From contig SXPC01000069.1 in the NCBI GenBank assembly GCA_005778225.1, positions 3,806 through 67,805 on the forward strand: a DNA stretch of 64,000 nucleotides, given 5' to 3'. This stretch comes from Planctomyces sp. Lineage in GTDB: Bacteria; Planctomycetota; Planctomycetia; Planctomycetales; Planctomycetaceae. Position 1 is the stretch's first letter; each line of letters starts with the position of its first letter. This document shows, one piece after another, positions 49,228 through 58,245 of the stretch. The notes under the pieces were generated by a model that worked only from the letters and a program-made list of their open reading frames with translations, made no database searches and was not told where the DNA came from. A program made the translations under genes and the position numbers.

Positions 49228-49521
49228 TCACATACCTAACATCGTGAGAAAGAAAAACACGAGCCACCCAACGATCAGGCCAAAGAGAAGTGCAGCATCA
49301 GCCTTCTTCTTCATGGAGTCCATAGATTGTTCTCGCTGCGTCAGATTACGAATCACAACGCCTTCATTGTCGATTGGATCATGAGACAGGTTGACCCGTA
49401 CGGTTTGCGGACTTTTCGTGATCTCGATCGACCTCACGAATCGGCGCTCTTCGCCCTCGTAAAGTTCAACGTAGCAACCTTGCTGAGTGTCGACGTCGGC
49501 GATGAAAAAGAACTTCGGCAT
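49228..49521 (-). CDS. Hypothetical protein, C-terminal TM
   Basis: Coupled ORF. Confidence 0.55.
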   Translation of the reverse strand: MPKFFFIADVDTQQGCYVELYEGEERRFVRSIEITKSPQTVRVNLSHDPIDNEGVVIRNLTQREQSMDSMKKKADAALLFGLIVGWLVFFFLTMLGM

Positions 49522-50126
49522 TATCTCCGCTCCTCAAACGGGATCATCTTGTCGGTGTAACCCAGCCGCGATGGATGCGACGGGAATCCTGATTTCGTCA
49601 TCGCCAGGCACATCGGCTTGATCCCCAGCTCTGCCAGATGTTCGAGGACATACTTCGCCTGGTTCCATTCCCCGCACTTCACCTCGTCATCGCGCCAGCA
49701 TTCCAGGTCGGCAGTGTTCCCCCAGCAAATGCAGGTCGCATGAGTCGAGAGACAAGCTAGCGTGATCCAGTCGAGCAGATCGTCGCCAACCAGCTCGTCG
49801 TATTCCTTCGGCAGCTGCTTCGACTCGGTCATGATGACCGAGAACAGGTTGACCAGGTAAAACGATCCGAAACCGTGTCTGGTCGCGAACCCGATCAGCT
49901 TTCGGACAGTCGCATCGTTCACCTTGGCGTCGGCCACAGAAGGATTGAGGCTGATGTAACAGACCCGAGGTTTCGTGAAGTCCCAAGCCCTGACCAGGCA
50001 ATAACGATGCTCACCGTTGGAGCTGAAGACGGCCGTCGAGATCTGCGAGACTTTCTTCGCCTGCGCCTCCGGATCGGGGAACATCTTGAACAATGCCCTG
50101 GCGTTGTTGAATGGATCATGCGTCAT
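49521..50126 (-). CDS. DUF1643 family protein
   Basis: HRYCLVRAW, LNPSVAD..DAT, VNLF, WG, HP. Confidence 0.85.
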   Translation of the reverse strand: MTHDPFNNARALFKMFPDPEAQAKKVSQISTAVFSSNGEHRYCLVRAWDFTKPRVCYISLNPSVADAKVNDATVRKLIGFATRHGFGSFYLVNLFSVIMTESKQLPKEYDELVGDDLLDWITLACLSTHATCICWGNTADLECWRDDEVKCGEWNQAKYVLEHLAELGIKPMCLAMTKSGFPSHPSRLGYTDKMIPFEERR

Positions 50127-50416
50127 CGTGTCACCGCCTTCGCTGGGAGCTGCTGTTCCAAAATGGCCTTGATGATTTCCCAGCTCGAAGAACTCATCGA
50201 GAGCTTGATCGAACTATCCCCATTCTCTTTGCTGATCATCAGCGAACAGAGTCCGCCGTTGCCGGTATCAAACCCGACCGAAATACTTCCGGTCCATCCG
50301 TCAGCCTCAATCGTCAGGAGACGACGGTAGTCGGTCCTCGACTTATTCGCTCTGAAGCCCTTGAAGAGCAGCCAATCATGGATGTCGCCCCTGACATCGC
50401 CTTTTGCATTTCTCAT
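50123..50416 (-). CDS. Hypothetical protein
   Basis: RBS and ATGA coupling. Confidence 0.55.
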   Translation of the reverse strand: MRNAKGDVRGDIHDWLLFKGFRANKSRTDYRRLLTIEADGWTGSISVGFDTGNGGLCSLMISKENGDSSIKLSMSSSSWEIIKAILEQQLPAKAVTR

Positions 50417-50439
50417 CGTTCCCCCTTGTTTAGTTATGA

Positions 50440-50832
50440 CTAAATTCCGTGCCTACTGATCTCGGCGACCGTCTCCAGCAACCAGTCCGCGTGACACTCA
50501 CGATTGAGCGGACACCAACACGCGAGATTCTTTCCTGCGAGGTTCCGGACGGCGTTCCGAAACGTCTGCAGCGGCCGTGCTTCGTTCTGCTCCGATTGCC
50601 ACATCGACAAGAACCATTTCTTGTAAAACTCGATCGCATCTTTTCGATCGATATACAGACCAAACTCCTTCTCCCCGTTCGATGGTCGTATCACGATGAA
50701 GTCATGCATCTGAAACGGATTGCCGAGAATCGTCGGCCGTCCCACATAGGCAACCGGCAGACCGTTCGGGCTCGCATCCTGGAGACGGAAGCCCTTGCTT
50801 CGTTTGCGTTGAATCCGGACGGGCGTCGTCAT
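50440..50832 (-). CDS. DUF4326 family protein
   Basis: YVGRPTILGNPF, LAGKNLACWCP..CHAD. Confidence 0.88.
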   Translation of the reverse strand: MTTPVRIQRKRSKGFRLQDASPNGLPVAYVGRPTILGNPFQMHDFIVIRPSNGEKEFGLYIDRKDAIEFYKKWFLSMWQSEQNEARPLQTFRNAVRNLAGKNLACWCPLNRECHADWLLETVAEISRHGI

Positions 50833-52061
50833 TCCCTCACCTCCGGCATCCCGTTGTGTTCAAAGCCATCGAGCAACCGGCCGGCCGCTTTCTTGCCGAC
50901 ACGCATGACGCTGACTGGAAGTTCCTCGATTCGTTGTGAGTAGCTATAACGCTCCTCACGCGGGATCTCATCGGCGAACTTACCGTTTGAGAACATCATT
51001 CGATGCGGATGGGAGTCGAGGTTCATTCCGTGAGTGAAGCAGTCGTAATCGGGCATGCCGATCCATTCGCCGTGTTGCTTGTAGAAAAATGGGACGTCGG
51101 CTGCTAAACACTGGTCGCGAAGAGTTCGTGCCCAGTTGGGATGCATTGGACGGATGCTCTTCTCTTTGCCGGATTCGCCACCACAGATCACCCAGTCAAT
51201 CGAAGCCCCTGTATCGGTGTCACCTTCTGGCCAGTAAGTCACTCCAGACAACACATTGGTCGAGCAAGGTGCGTTTCGATTGATAGGTGGAATGAGTGTC
51301 AGATCCACCGGCCCGAGAAGCGGCTCGCAACTGAGGAACAACACCGGCGACAGTTCGCGGCATCTGAGCAGTTGAGGAATCCGCTTATAAGCCATCTCCT
51401 GATTCTCGACTGAAGTGCCAAGCCAAACATTGCTGAGCGGCTTCTTTCGATACCTTGGAACTTCACCTGGTTCGATGCCGGCAAGATCAATCATCGGCTC
51501 GCTTAGATTCCACATGGGCAGAATGTTTTCTGGCCGCTTCGTTACCAACAACCAGTCGAGCCACGGTGTCGCTTGCGTTAGCTTAAAAAGTCGATTCAAC
51601 ACGTCGGACATTGTGACTAACTGCCAGCCCTGCGGATCTCGTTTCATTGATTCGAGATCCGCTGTGTCCCAGTGCTCATGCCCCCACTCTCGCTGAGAAT
51701 ATGGCTTGATCCAGGCATCGCCAGCGCCATTTACGATCGGACCAAACCATGACTCAAAGACATCGGCGAACGATGCGCAGAAAACTTTCTGGCGTACTCC
51801 CGCTTTCTCAGCTTGCTCGTTCCATTTGAGCGGTTGAGCCCACATCGATTCAGCAGCGAGAACTCGCTTCCCTTCGACGGCCTCCGGCCCCCAAACACCG
51901 AGTAAGCTGGGATTGCGTTTGCTCTGTGCCGCTGCGTAGCAGTGGACACATCCAGGCGAAACACGCTGGCATCCTCGCCAGGGATTGAAAGTATGATCGG
52001 TCCACTCAATTTTCGAATTAGATCCCACGTTTTCCCTTTCGTTCGCGATAGTGCAAACCAC
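50829..52061 (-). CDS. DUF5131 (phage Gp37/Gp68) protein
   Basis: SKIEWTDHTFNPW.GC..VSPGC.HCYA, TKRPEN, SCEPLLG, GGESG; real start probably 52028. Confidence 0.9.
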   Translation of the reverse strand: MVCTIANERENVGSNSKIEWTDHTFNPWRGCQRVSPGCVHCYAAAQSKRNPSLLGVWGPEAVEGKRVLAAESMWAQPLKWNEQAEKAGVRQKVFCASFADVFESWFGPIVNGAGDAWIKPYSQREWGHEHWDTADLESMKRDPQGWQLVTMSDVLNRLFKLTQATPWLDWLLVTKRPENILPMWNLSEPMIDLAGIEPGEVPRYRKKPLSNVWLGTSVENQEMAYKRIPQLLRCRELSPVLFLSCEPLLGPVDLTLIPPINRNAPCSTNVLSGVTYWPEGDTDTGASIDWVICGGESGKEKSIRPMHPNWARTLRDQCLAADVPFFYKQHGEWIGMPDYDCFTHGMNLDSHPHRMMFSNGKFADEIPREERYSYSQRIEELPVSVMRVGKKAAGRLLDGFEHNGMPEVRE

Positions 52062-52221
52062 CTGACAGAACTGAAATCACCGGTTGATAGCCGGGGATCA
52101 TGAGTTGAACTCGTTCCTTACCACCCTTCGCCGGTCCGACGCAGCGACCAGGCAAATACACATCCGGAAGATGTGACCGCTTCGAAGCTCGTTGAACCCA
52201 AACCAAATCACCTTCATTCAT
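52018..52221 (-). CDS. Small hypothetical protein
   Basis: Coupled to replication gene. Confidence 0.45.
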   Translation of the reverse strand: MNEGDLVWVQRASKRSHLPDVYLPGRCVGPAKGGKERVQLMIPGYQPVISVLSGGLHYRERKGKRGI

Positions 52222-53371
52222 CGCTTGCCCTTTCCTCAGTGATGACGGCAACCGAACCCCCGGCCGCCTGCTTTGCTCTCAATTCCCTAATCGCAGCGTC
52301 GCGTCGACTCTCAAACTCCCGCGTCCCTTGCTCGTCGGTCGGCAACTTGCCGAGGTCACTACCCCGCTTCGCTCCGAACTTCTGACGCCAGAACTTCTTC
52401 GCCTCGTCGAGACATGAGTCAGCGTGATACCGGCAGGAATTCCCGTCGCCATCCTCACCCGTTTTCAGCAGCGTCACCAGAACCGCCGCGACGCTGCCGA
52501 TCGGCTTCCGCCCTCGCTTCACATGCTCAGCCGCCTTTGCTTTCTGCCTGACCAGGTTCAACGTAATCGCCAGGATGAAGGCTTCCAGCTCACCAGGCGT
52601 GTCGACGTCGACGCCATGCAATGCCCCCAGCTCGTCGCAGACGCCCTCCAGGGCTCGTATCTGGTCCACAAAGGCCATGACCCCCGTCTCCGATCGCAGC
52701 TGCGTGTCAGAGACCCAGGGAACCGCAGGACCAGGTCGCGTCTCACGGTTCTTTCTCCCCTCTGAAGAGTAGGAAGTATTTTTAGAGATACTTTCAGGGG
52801 ATTTAATACTAGTACTGGGCGCATCTGCTGATGAAGAAGAAGGTGATGATGATGAAGACGATGATGATGCTGATGAAGAAGACGGCGGTGATGAAGAAGA
52901 CAAACGACGTTGTGCCGCCGCCCAGGCCGCAACGTCGTCAACCTGATCTCGCTGCTGCAGCGTTGCCGGAGGTTCGTCTTCGAGACCTGCCACCGCCTCT
53001 TTCAGCTTCTCCATGTCGATGGCGAACATCAGCGGCCGGGAACTATTCTCCGGCCGCTCCTCAAGATCGGGGATGCTGACAAACGCATGTCCGCGACGTT
53101 TGAGGTGATCAATGCACCGGTCGAGCGTGGCGGAACTCAGACGCGCGTCTGAGCCCGCATAGTCGACTAGGTGCGTGCGCTTGATCGAGAAGATGCGGAA
53201 CCCGTTGACGAGCCGGACTTCCTTACCGGAAGCCATCAGCGCGTCCGCAGCTCGCAGCAGAGCGATCAGGAGACGACGCTCGTAGCCCGGCGCGTCGTCT
53301 TCGGGAAACGATAACCGTTTAACCTCCGCGATGAACGCGACCAGGTCGAAGTTCAAAGACTTCTGTTGCAT
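52214..53371 (-). CDS. Putative replication initiator
   Basis: wHTH-like N-terminus, central Ser-rich linker encoded by repeats plus an AT-rich tract. Confidence 0.6.
   Translation of the reverse strand: MQQKSLNFDLVAFIAEVKRLSFPEDDAPGYERRLLIALLRAADALMASGKEVRLVNGFRIFSIKRTHLVDYAGSDARLSSATLDRCIDHLKRRGHAFVSIPDLEERPENSSRPLMFAIDMEKLKEAVAGLEDEPPATLQQRDQVDDVAAWAAAQRRLSSSSPPSSSSASSSSSSSSPSSSSADAPSTSIKSPESISKNTSYSSEGRKNRETRPGPAVPWVSDTQLRSETGVMAFVDQIRALEGVCDELGALHGVDVDTPGELEAFILAITLNLVRQKAKAAEHVKRGRKPIGSVAAVLVTLLKTGEDGDGNSCRYHADSCLDEAKKFWRQKFGAKRGSDLGKLPTDEQGTREFESRRDAAIRELRAKQAAGGSVAVITEERASDE
52777..52900. repeat. Putative phage origin: four 12-bp iterons plus AT-rich tract
   Basis: TGATGAAGA(A/C)GA at 52829, 52850, 52871, 52889. 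Confidence 0.6.
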
Positions 53372-53414
53372 GGCATGCCTGCCGATCTAAGGGCTTCCCA
53401 GCCCGTTTGGAGCT

Positions 53415-53681
53415 TTAACCCTTTGCAGTTCGGACGTAATTCGGCGTTTTGCTTACCGGCATTAAGTCGCCCAGAGGGTCAAAGAAAACCGGCTCAGCGA
53501 CTAAGCCAGGCTGGTCGATCGGTTCGGCAATGGCGGTCAGCAGCTCCGACCGCAAGATGGTGATACCGGCAGGCGCTTGAATGCCGAGACGCACTTTGTC
53601 GCCTCGAATATCAACCACCATGATGGTGATGTCATTTCCGATACGTATCGTCTGATTCAGCTTTCGTGAGAGGACTAACAT
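53415..53681 (-). CDS. csrA: Carbon storage regulator CsrA/RsmA homologue
   Basis: MLVLSRKLNQTIRIGNDITIMVVDIRGDKVRLGIQAPAGITILRSEL. Confidence 0.92.
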   Translation of the reverse strand: MLVLSRKLNQTIRIGNDITIMVVDIRGDKVRLGIQAPAGITILRSELLTAIAEPIDQPGLVAEPVFFDPLGDLMPVSKTPNYVRTAKG

Positions 53682-53743
53682 TGCGATTCCCTTCAATGAT
53701 GATTCACCGGGCGATCATCGCCGGCCCGGCAACGGCGTGTGTT

Positions 53744-54220
53744 TCATAAGGTGAGCGGACGCAAACTTTCGATCTGTTCGTCGAGCAGCTCCGGAAACAA
53801 CATTTCCGACTGCTCGCGTTCAAGGTTCGTGATCTTTTTTTGATTTCGCTTGGCTCGCTGGTCAGCGACCTTCTCAGCAGACAGCGGACGATATTCCAGC
53901 AATGAGCCCCATGCGATGACATAACGAAATGGGTAAACTGTCTGCCCGTTGAAGTCATAGCCGGGATGATGTTGCGCGGTCAGTCGTTCCTGCGAGCTTT
54001 GTTCTGGCGCAGGTGGCTGCCAGCCTTGTCGGCCCGGCCATTGGGCGCAGAAATATCGTTTGATTGATCCATCGACTCGATCAGTAATTACCCAAACTCC
54101 ATAAGCCGAGGCGTCATCGCCGAGCTGCAGCTTCGCGTGCGATAGTTCCGAGTTCATATCCTCAGCAAGTGTTGCCCGAGACTCGGCAGATTCGATTTCA
54201 AATTTTGTTGGCGTTGCCAT
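53744..54220 (-). CDS. Hypothetical protein
   Basis: Early operon ORF. Confidence 0.55.
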   Translation of the reverse strand: MATPTKFEIESAESRATLAEDMNSELSHAKLQLGDDASAYGVWVITDRVDGSIKRYFCAQWPGRQGWQPPAPEQSSQERLTAQHHPGYDFNGQTVYPFRYVIAWGSLLEYRPLSAEKVADQRAKRNQKKITNLEREQSEMLFPELLDEQIESLRPLTL

Positions 54221-54223
54221 CGC

Positions 54224-54607
54224 TCAGTTCCCTTGGATCATGGAGTCGAACTTGTCAGTCACCCATTGAGCGACGTTGGTAAAAACGTCATCGCGGATCG
54301 CATCCAGGCGTTGGGCAGCCTTGAGAGGTTTGCCTGTGCCATTTCCGCACAAGATGTGAATCTCCACACTCTTCATCAATGTCACGAACCGCGAGACAGA
54401 GTTGCCGCGGAACATCGTGACGACGTCGACGACGACGTCCTTGGTGTCGAGGTCGAGGAACCCGACAAGCATGCGCGGGAACTGCTCTGGCCTAGCAACT
54501 TCGACGCAGAAAGTCAGCGAGTACTGCAGTTCGACATTGGTGTGCCGGCAGATCGTGAATACCTTCGACGGCCGTCGGCGCTGTTTGGTTGTCTGTTGAG
54601 GCTTCAT
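54224..54607 (-). CDS. Hypothetical protein
   Basis: Early operon ORF with RBS. Confidence 0.55.
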   Translation of the reverse strand: MKPQQTTKQRRRPSKVFTICRHTNVELQYSLTFCVEVARPEQFPRMLVGFLDLDTKDVVVDVVTMFRGNSVSRFVTLMKSVEIHILCGNGTGKPLKAAQRLDAIRDDVFTNVAQWVTDKFDSMIQGN

Positions 54608-54622
54608 CCCTGATCCCTTTTC

Positions 54623-54859
54623 CTAGACCTCTATGCCGTGTTTTTTAAGTTCCTGAATCCAGAACTGCTTCAGCTCATCGGAGCAGTGAGCCATGGCATC
54701 GGCCCACGTCGGAAAGCGGCCATGCTGACCGTAGAATTTGTATTGGTAGTACATCGATTGTTGATTGTGTGGCCACGATGGATCGTGATCCTTCGCGCAT
54801 TCCTGACAGACGTCGGGAGCGCATGGCATCAGCGTCCACGGTCCCAAGTGATTGCTCAT
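54623..54859 (-). CDS. Small putative metal-binding phage protein
   Basis: CQECA..H...PHNQQS..Y...PTWADAMAHC; GGAGG RBS. Confidence 0.65.
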   Translation of the reverse strand: MSNHLGPWTLMPCAPDVCQECAKDHDPSWPHNQQSMYYQYKFYGQHGRFPTWADAMAHCSDELKQFWIQELKKHGIEV

Positions 54860-55224
54860 ATCGATTCCTCCCTGAGCAGTCCGACGCGTTCCATACACCA
54901 GGCACGCCAATCAAGATTTCCACGAACCAGGTCGTCGGCCGGCGGTACAGCAACCGGCAGATAGCGAACAAGAATCACATTCTCACCGGCACGTTGCCCG
55001 CGTTTTGTGACGTAGTCGATGTGCATCCGCTCCGGATCTGGCTGACGTTCCGCGACGATGATTTTTTCCATCTCGCCGACGTGATCGTTGACCTGATCAA
55101 GCACATCAACACGACGCGGGCTCTCTTTTTTGCCCTCGTAAACGAACCGCATCAGAAAGGGAGCCCGGCCGACTTCCATCGGCTCCGGAAACGACGGATG
55201 TTCAAGTTTGACAAGCACGGTCAT
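54856..55224 (-). CDS. Hypothetical protein
   Basis: GGAGG RBS; ATGA coupling. Confidence 0.6.
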   Translation of the reverse strand: MTVLVKLEHPSFPEPMEVGRAPFLMRFVYEGKKESPRRVDVLDQVNDHVGEMEKIIVAERQPDPERMHIDYVTKRGQRAGENVILVRYLPVAVPPADDLVRGNLDWRAWCMERVGLLREESI

Positions 55225-55299
55225 GATCGGCCCTCCGGGAGACCGCCGGTCGGGCGCACCTTAAACCGCGACCGACGGCACTCCGAGAGGGATCGAACA

Positions 55300-56376
55300 T
55301 CAAACGGCCTTGCGCCGTGTCTTCGTGAGAGCTGGGTTAACATCGCTGGAGATCTCCTCCAGGAAGCATTCCGGGACAGCGCAGTTCTCGATCGCTTCGC
55401 GAATCCGCTGCGTCGGGTTGTCGTAGAACTCCGCCGTCACGCCTTGGACGTAGTGAGCCGTGATCCAGTTGCCCAAGCCCGCTTCGATCGTGTTGTATCG
55501 CGTCGCCACCGTCTCGCGAAAATTCTTGAAGATGAGACGATCGGTGAAGCCGGCGGCCGGCAGAATGTCGCGCCGCCACGTTGCCCGCCAGCCTGTCTTC
55601 CAGGAACCGTTGCGACGCTGATGCCCCGACGTCGTGAAGCCCGGAAAAATCTTCGTCTCGGTCGATCGATACGATGGAAGCGACTGCAGCTGGCGAATGA
55701 CGACGTCCGTCAGCGGCAACGATTGCAGCTTCGAAGTCTTCTTTGCGATGATCCGGATATTCCGGTCCTGCCAGTGGATTTGATCCCAGCGCAGATTGAG
55801 CGTGTCGGTGGTCCGCTGCCCGTACGTGTAGAACATGCAGAGCAGGACCTGCCAGGACCGGCAACAATCTTTCTTCCTGGTTGGATAAGTCGCGAAGCGG
55901 CACGCATCCCACAGACGATCCATTTCGTCGTGTGTGATCGTCTCGCGTTTGATCTTCGGCGGGATCCGCACAAGCCGCGACTTTTTCCGATAGCCCAGCG
56001 AGGGAACCCGGTTGATCAGTTCGGCGTCGTGAGCAAACGAGAAGACGGCTTTGACCTCGCGCCAGATCTTGTTGATCGTCGACGGTGACAGCGGCTTGCC
56101 CGCCTTCGTTGTTGTCAACTTCAAACCATCGGAAAACGACCTGATGTCGTCCTTCCCATACGACCGAATATCGCGAACTCCGAGGATACGCTCGAAGTGC
56201 CTGATGGCATTGCGGTCCTCTTTGATCGACCCCGGCGACTGATCCTCCTCGATCTCTTTGAGAACGAAGTTTTCGTAATAGTCGGAGAGCGAAATCAGCG
56301 AATCGTCGGTGGTTTCGTGTTGTTCTTCGTCGCCCGTAAAGAGACGCAAAATATTGGGGCTGGCAGCAGCGATCAT
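55300..56376 (-). CDS. int: Tyrosine recombinase/integrase
   Basis: YGQRTTD..LRWDQI, KKT, FKNFR, AHY..VTAEFY. Confidence 0.88.
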   Translation of the reverse strand: MIAAASPNILRLFTGDEEQHETTDDSLISLSDYYENFVLKEIEEDQSPGSIKEDRNAIRHFERILGVRDIRSYGKDDIRSFSDGLKLTTTKAGKPLSPSTINKIWREVKAVFSFAHDAELINRVPSLGYRKKSRLVRIPPKIKRETITHDEMDRLWDACRFATYPTRKKDCCRSWQVLLCMFYTYGQRTTDTLNLRWDQIHWQDRNIRIIAKKTSKLQSLPLTDVVIRQLQSLPSYRSTETKIFPGFTTSGHQRRNGSWKTGWRATWRRDILPAAGFTDRLIFKNFRETVATRYNTIEAGLGNWITAHYVQGVTAEFYDNPTQRIREAIENCAVPECFLEEISSDVNPALTKTRRKAV

Positions 56377-56618
56377 GGCCCGGATCTTTCACCAGTTGAC
56401 TACGGCGCTCCATCTCCTCCATGGGAAATGACATGACTCCCTCGCAGTCTTCACTCACTCGAAGACTTGGGAATTCTTTAGCACGCAAACAGCAACGGAT
56501 CAGCGTTCATAGATGGCGAACGGATAGCGAGAACAATTAGACACGGGGACAGTCGGCATAACCGAAAGCCCCGTTCTAATCGAAGCACGGTGTGAGCAAT
56601 TCACCGCGCACAAAAAAA

Positions 56619-56715
56619 CTCGTAATCGTTCAACCAGCCAAAACCCCTTATCCGAGGGTGCGGCGGTAAGAATTCTGTTTAAGGAACTCCGACCTCCGCG
56701 GCTGAACGATACGAG
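56619..56715 (-). ncRNA. Putative three-way-junction antisense/attenuator RNA
   Basis: Long closing stem, two hairpins, followed by U7; G-U pairs favour the minus strand. Confidence 0.55.
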
Positions 56716-56794
56716 ATGAAACCCGATAGTTCTGAGCAGCAGCAAAACGATGTGACATACATCGTAGGGCGGAATAAGTAATTTGGTTGAGACC

Positions 56795-56822
56795 ACATTA
56801 CCTTCCGCCGCGACGGTGTCAA
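56795..56822 (-). promoter_or_regulatory. sigma70-type promoter of int/early operon
   Basis: TTGACA-16 nt-TAATGT. Confidence 0.65.
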
Positions 56823-56959
56823 CCCATATCTCGCGCAGAGCCGCGCGTGTCTGTCAGCAGGACAGTGAAGAAAAAGCAACTCGCTCCTAATGTGTGGTGG
56901 ATGGTCTCCCGCACTTTCTGCTCGTCAAATTCTCGTGTGAGTGAGATATAGAATGGACC

Positions 56960-57718
56960 TTAATTCAAATTTGCAGATAGGCGAAACAACATGGCGTTGG
57001 TTGCCTGCTGATCGACTAAAGTCATCGAGCCATCCGGATGATGAATTAGTATGGCCGCGGTTTTTCCCATCCGACGCTCCACCAGTTCGATACTTTGTTT
57101 TAGATCTTCCCTGGACTCAATCAGAATCGGGGCATAGCCTTCCAAACCCTGCTCTTCAATGGTCTGTCTGGCGATCTCTTCTGCGGGGAATACACAGATG
57201 CATAATGGGGGAAACTCACCGCCTCCCATAGACAGCACTCCCTCTTTCCTTCGCTCTTCATTTCGGAATCCCGCCAAGTAGCAGGGGAAACTCAGGCGAA
57301 CGGTTTCCGTCCCGTCGGAGTGTTTTTGCTGCAACGAAAATGAGTCCATCAACGATGCCAAGTAGGGTGGCAACGGACGCTCGACATACAGGAGCGAGTA
57401 CAGCGATTGTTCGATTGTGAGAAGTAGCCGATCCTTCGATTTATCAAAGGGATCGATGATGAGATGAGTTACTTGCGGAAACCGCATCATGACACTGGCT
57501 ATCCACCCGGTCAGGTCGCAGTGATTCTGGATTTCATAGAGAAACTCGTTGTTCCGAATCCGGGTCTCTTGACTTCGCGATGTGAAGAGGAAGACAGCAT
57601 GACGGTCTTCCCCTATGTTGTTGCTTGCAAACGGTGCACTTGTCAGAATCTCGGAAGAGTGTTCTTTCAATGTGACAAAGTACATCGGCACGCGCACGAC
57701 TTGCTGCGATTTTTTCAC
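56960..57718 (-). CDS. Accessory hypothetical protein
   Basis: GGAG RBS; 252 aa. Confidence 0.6.
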   Translation of the reverse strand: MKKSQQVVRVPMYFVTLKEHSSEILTSAPFASNNIGEDRHAVFLFTSRSQETRIRNNEFLYEIQNHCDLTGWIASVMMRFPQVTHLIIDPFDKSKDRLLLTIEQSLYSLLYVERPLPPYLASLMDSFSLQQKHSDGTETVRLSFPCYLAGFRNEERRKEGVLSMGGGEFPPLCICVFPAEEIARQTIEEQGLEGYAPILIESREDLKQSIELVERRMGKTAAILIHHPDGSMTLVDQQATNAMLFRLSANLN

Positions 57719-57795
57719 TTAAGCGGACTCCATTTCCAAATCTGACCGACGTTCGCTTCTTTTCCCCGTCGTCCATCCTAGTAAAAAGGTCAGCT

Positions 57796-58146
57796 TCACT
57801 GCCGACCCGCTAAACTCATTTGCTGTACCTTCCAGTCGAGGTAAGGCTGCAGGTCAACGATCATCTGGTGATAGCCCTCGGTCGTCTGGAGGCACTCGAT
57901 GTGTTGCCAGTGGTGCTGGTCATCGAAGTAGAACAGCGGGATTTTTGCCTTCGGAACTTTGACAGCGACTTTGCCTTGAGGAAGAGCGCGAGTGTCGCGA
58001 TTAGCGGCCGCTTCCAGTGTGGTTGCGTGTCCCAGTACGGTCATAATCAAGTGATCAAGGTCCTGATACTCTGGTCGCTCAACAGCCTCCGTGATGAGTG
58101 ACCAATCCAGATGGAAGACATGATTTTCGTATGCCAGGGTGACCAT
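57796..58146 (-). CDS. Accessory hypothetical protein
   Basis: GGAG RBS. Confidence 0.6.
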   Translation of the reverse strand: MVTLAYENHVFHLDWSLITEAVERPEYQDLDHLIMTVLGHATTLEAAANRDTRALPQGKVAVKVPKAKIPLFYFDDQHHWQHIECLQTTEGYHQMIVDLQPYLDWKVQQMSLAGRQ

Positions 58147-58245
58147 GGAAAAACTCCAACTCGGTCAAGCCAGCCTTGGCAGGTTGCTCGCCGCATTTTT
58201 GCACGCGATGCTTCCGTAAAACTCAAAGACAAACGGGCAACAAGA

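Noticed and set aside
54769-56088. 439-aa plus-strand ORF and similar long antisense ORFs
   Set aside because: Shadow frames of GC-rich genes with no motifs or RBS
56500-56796. 98-aa ORF as repressor or excisionase
   Set aside because: No HTH pattern or RBS; it overlaps the promoter and structured leader
56400-56960. Plus-strand CsrB/RsmZ-like sponge RNA
   Set aside because: About 10 GGA in 560 nt is near random expectation, and G-U pairing favours the minus strand
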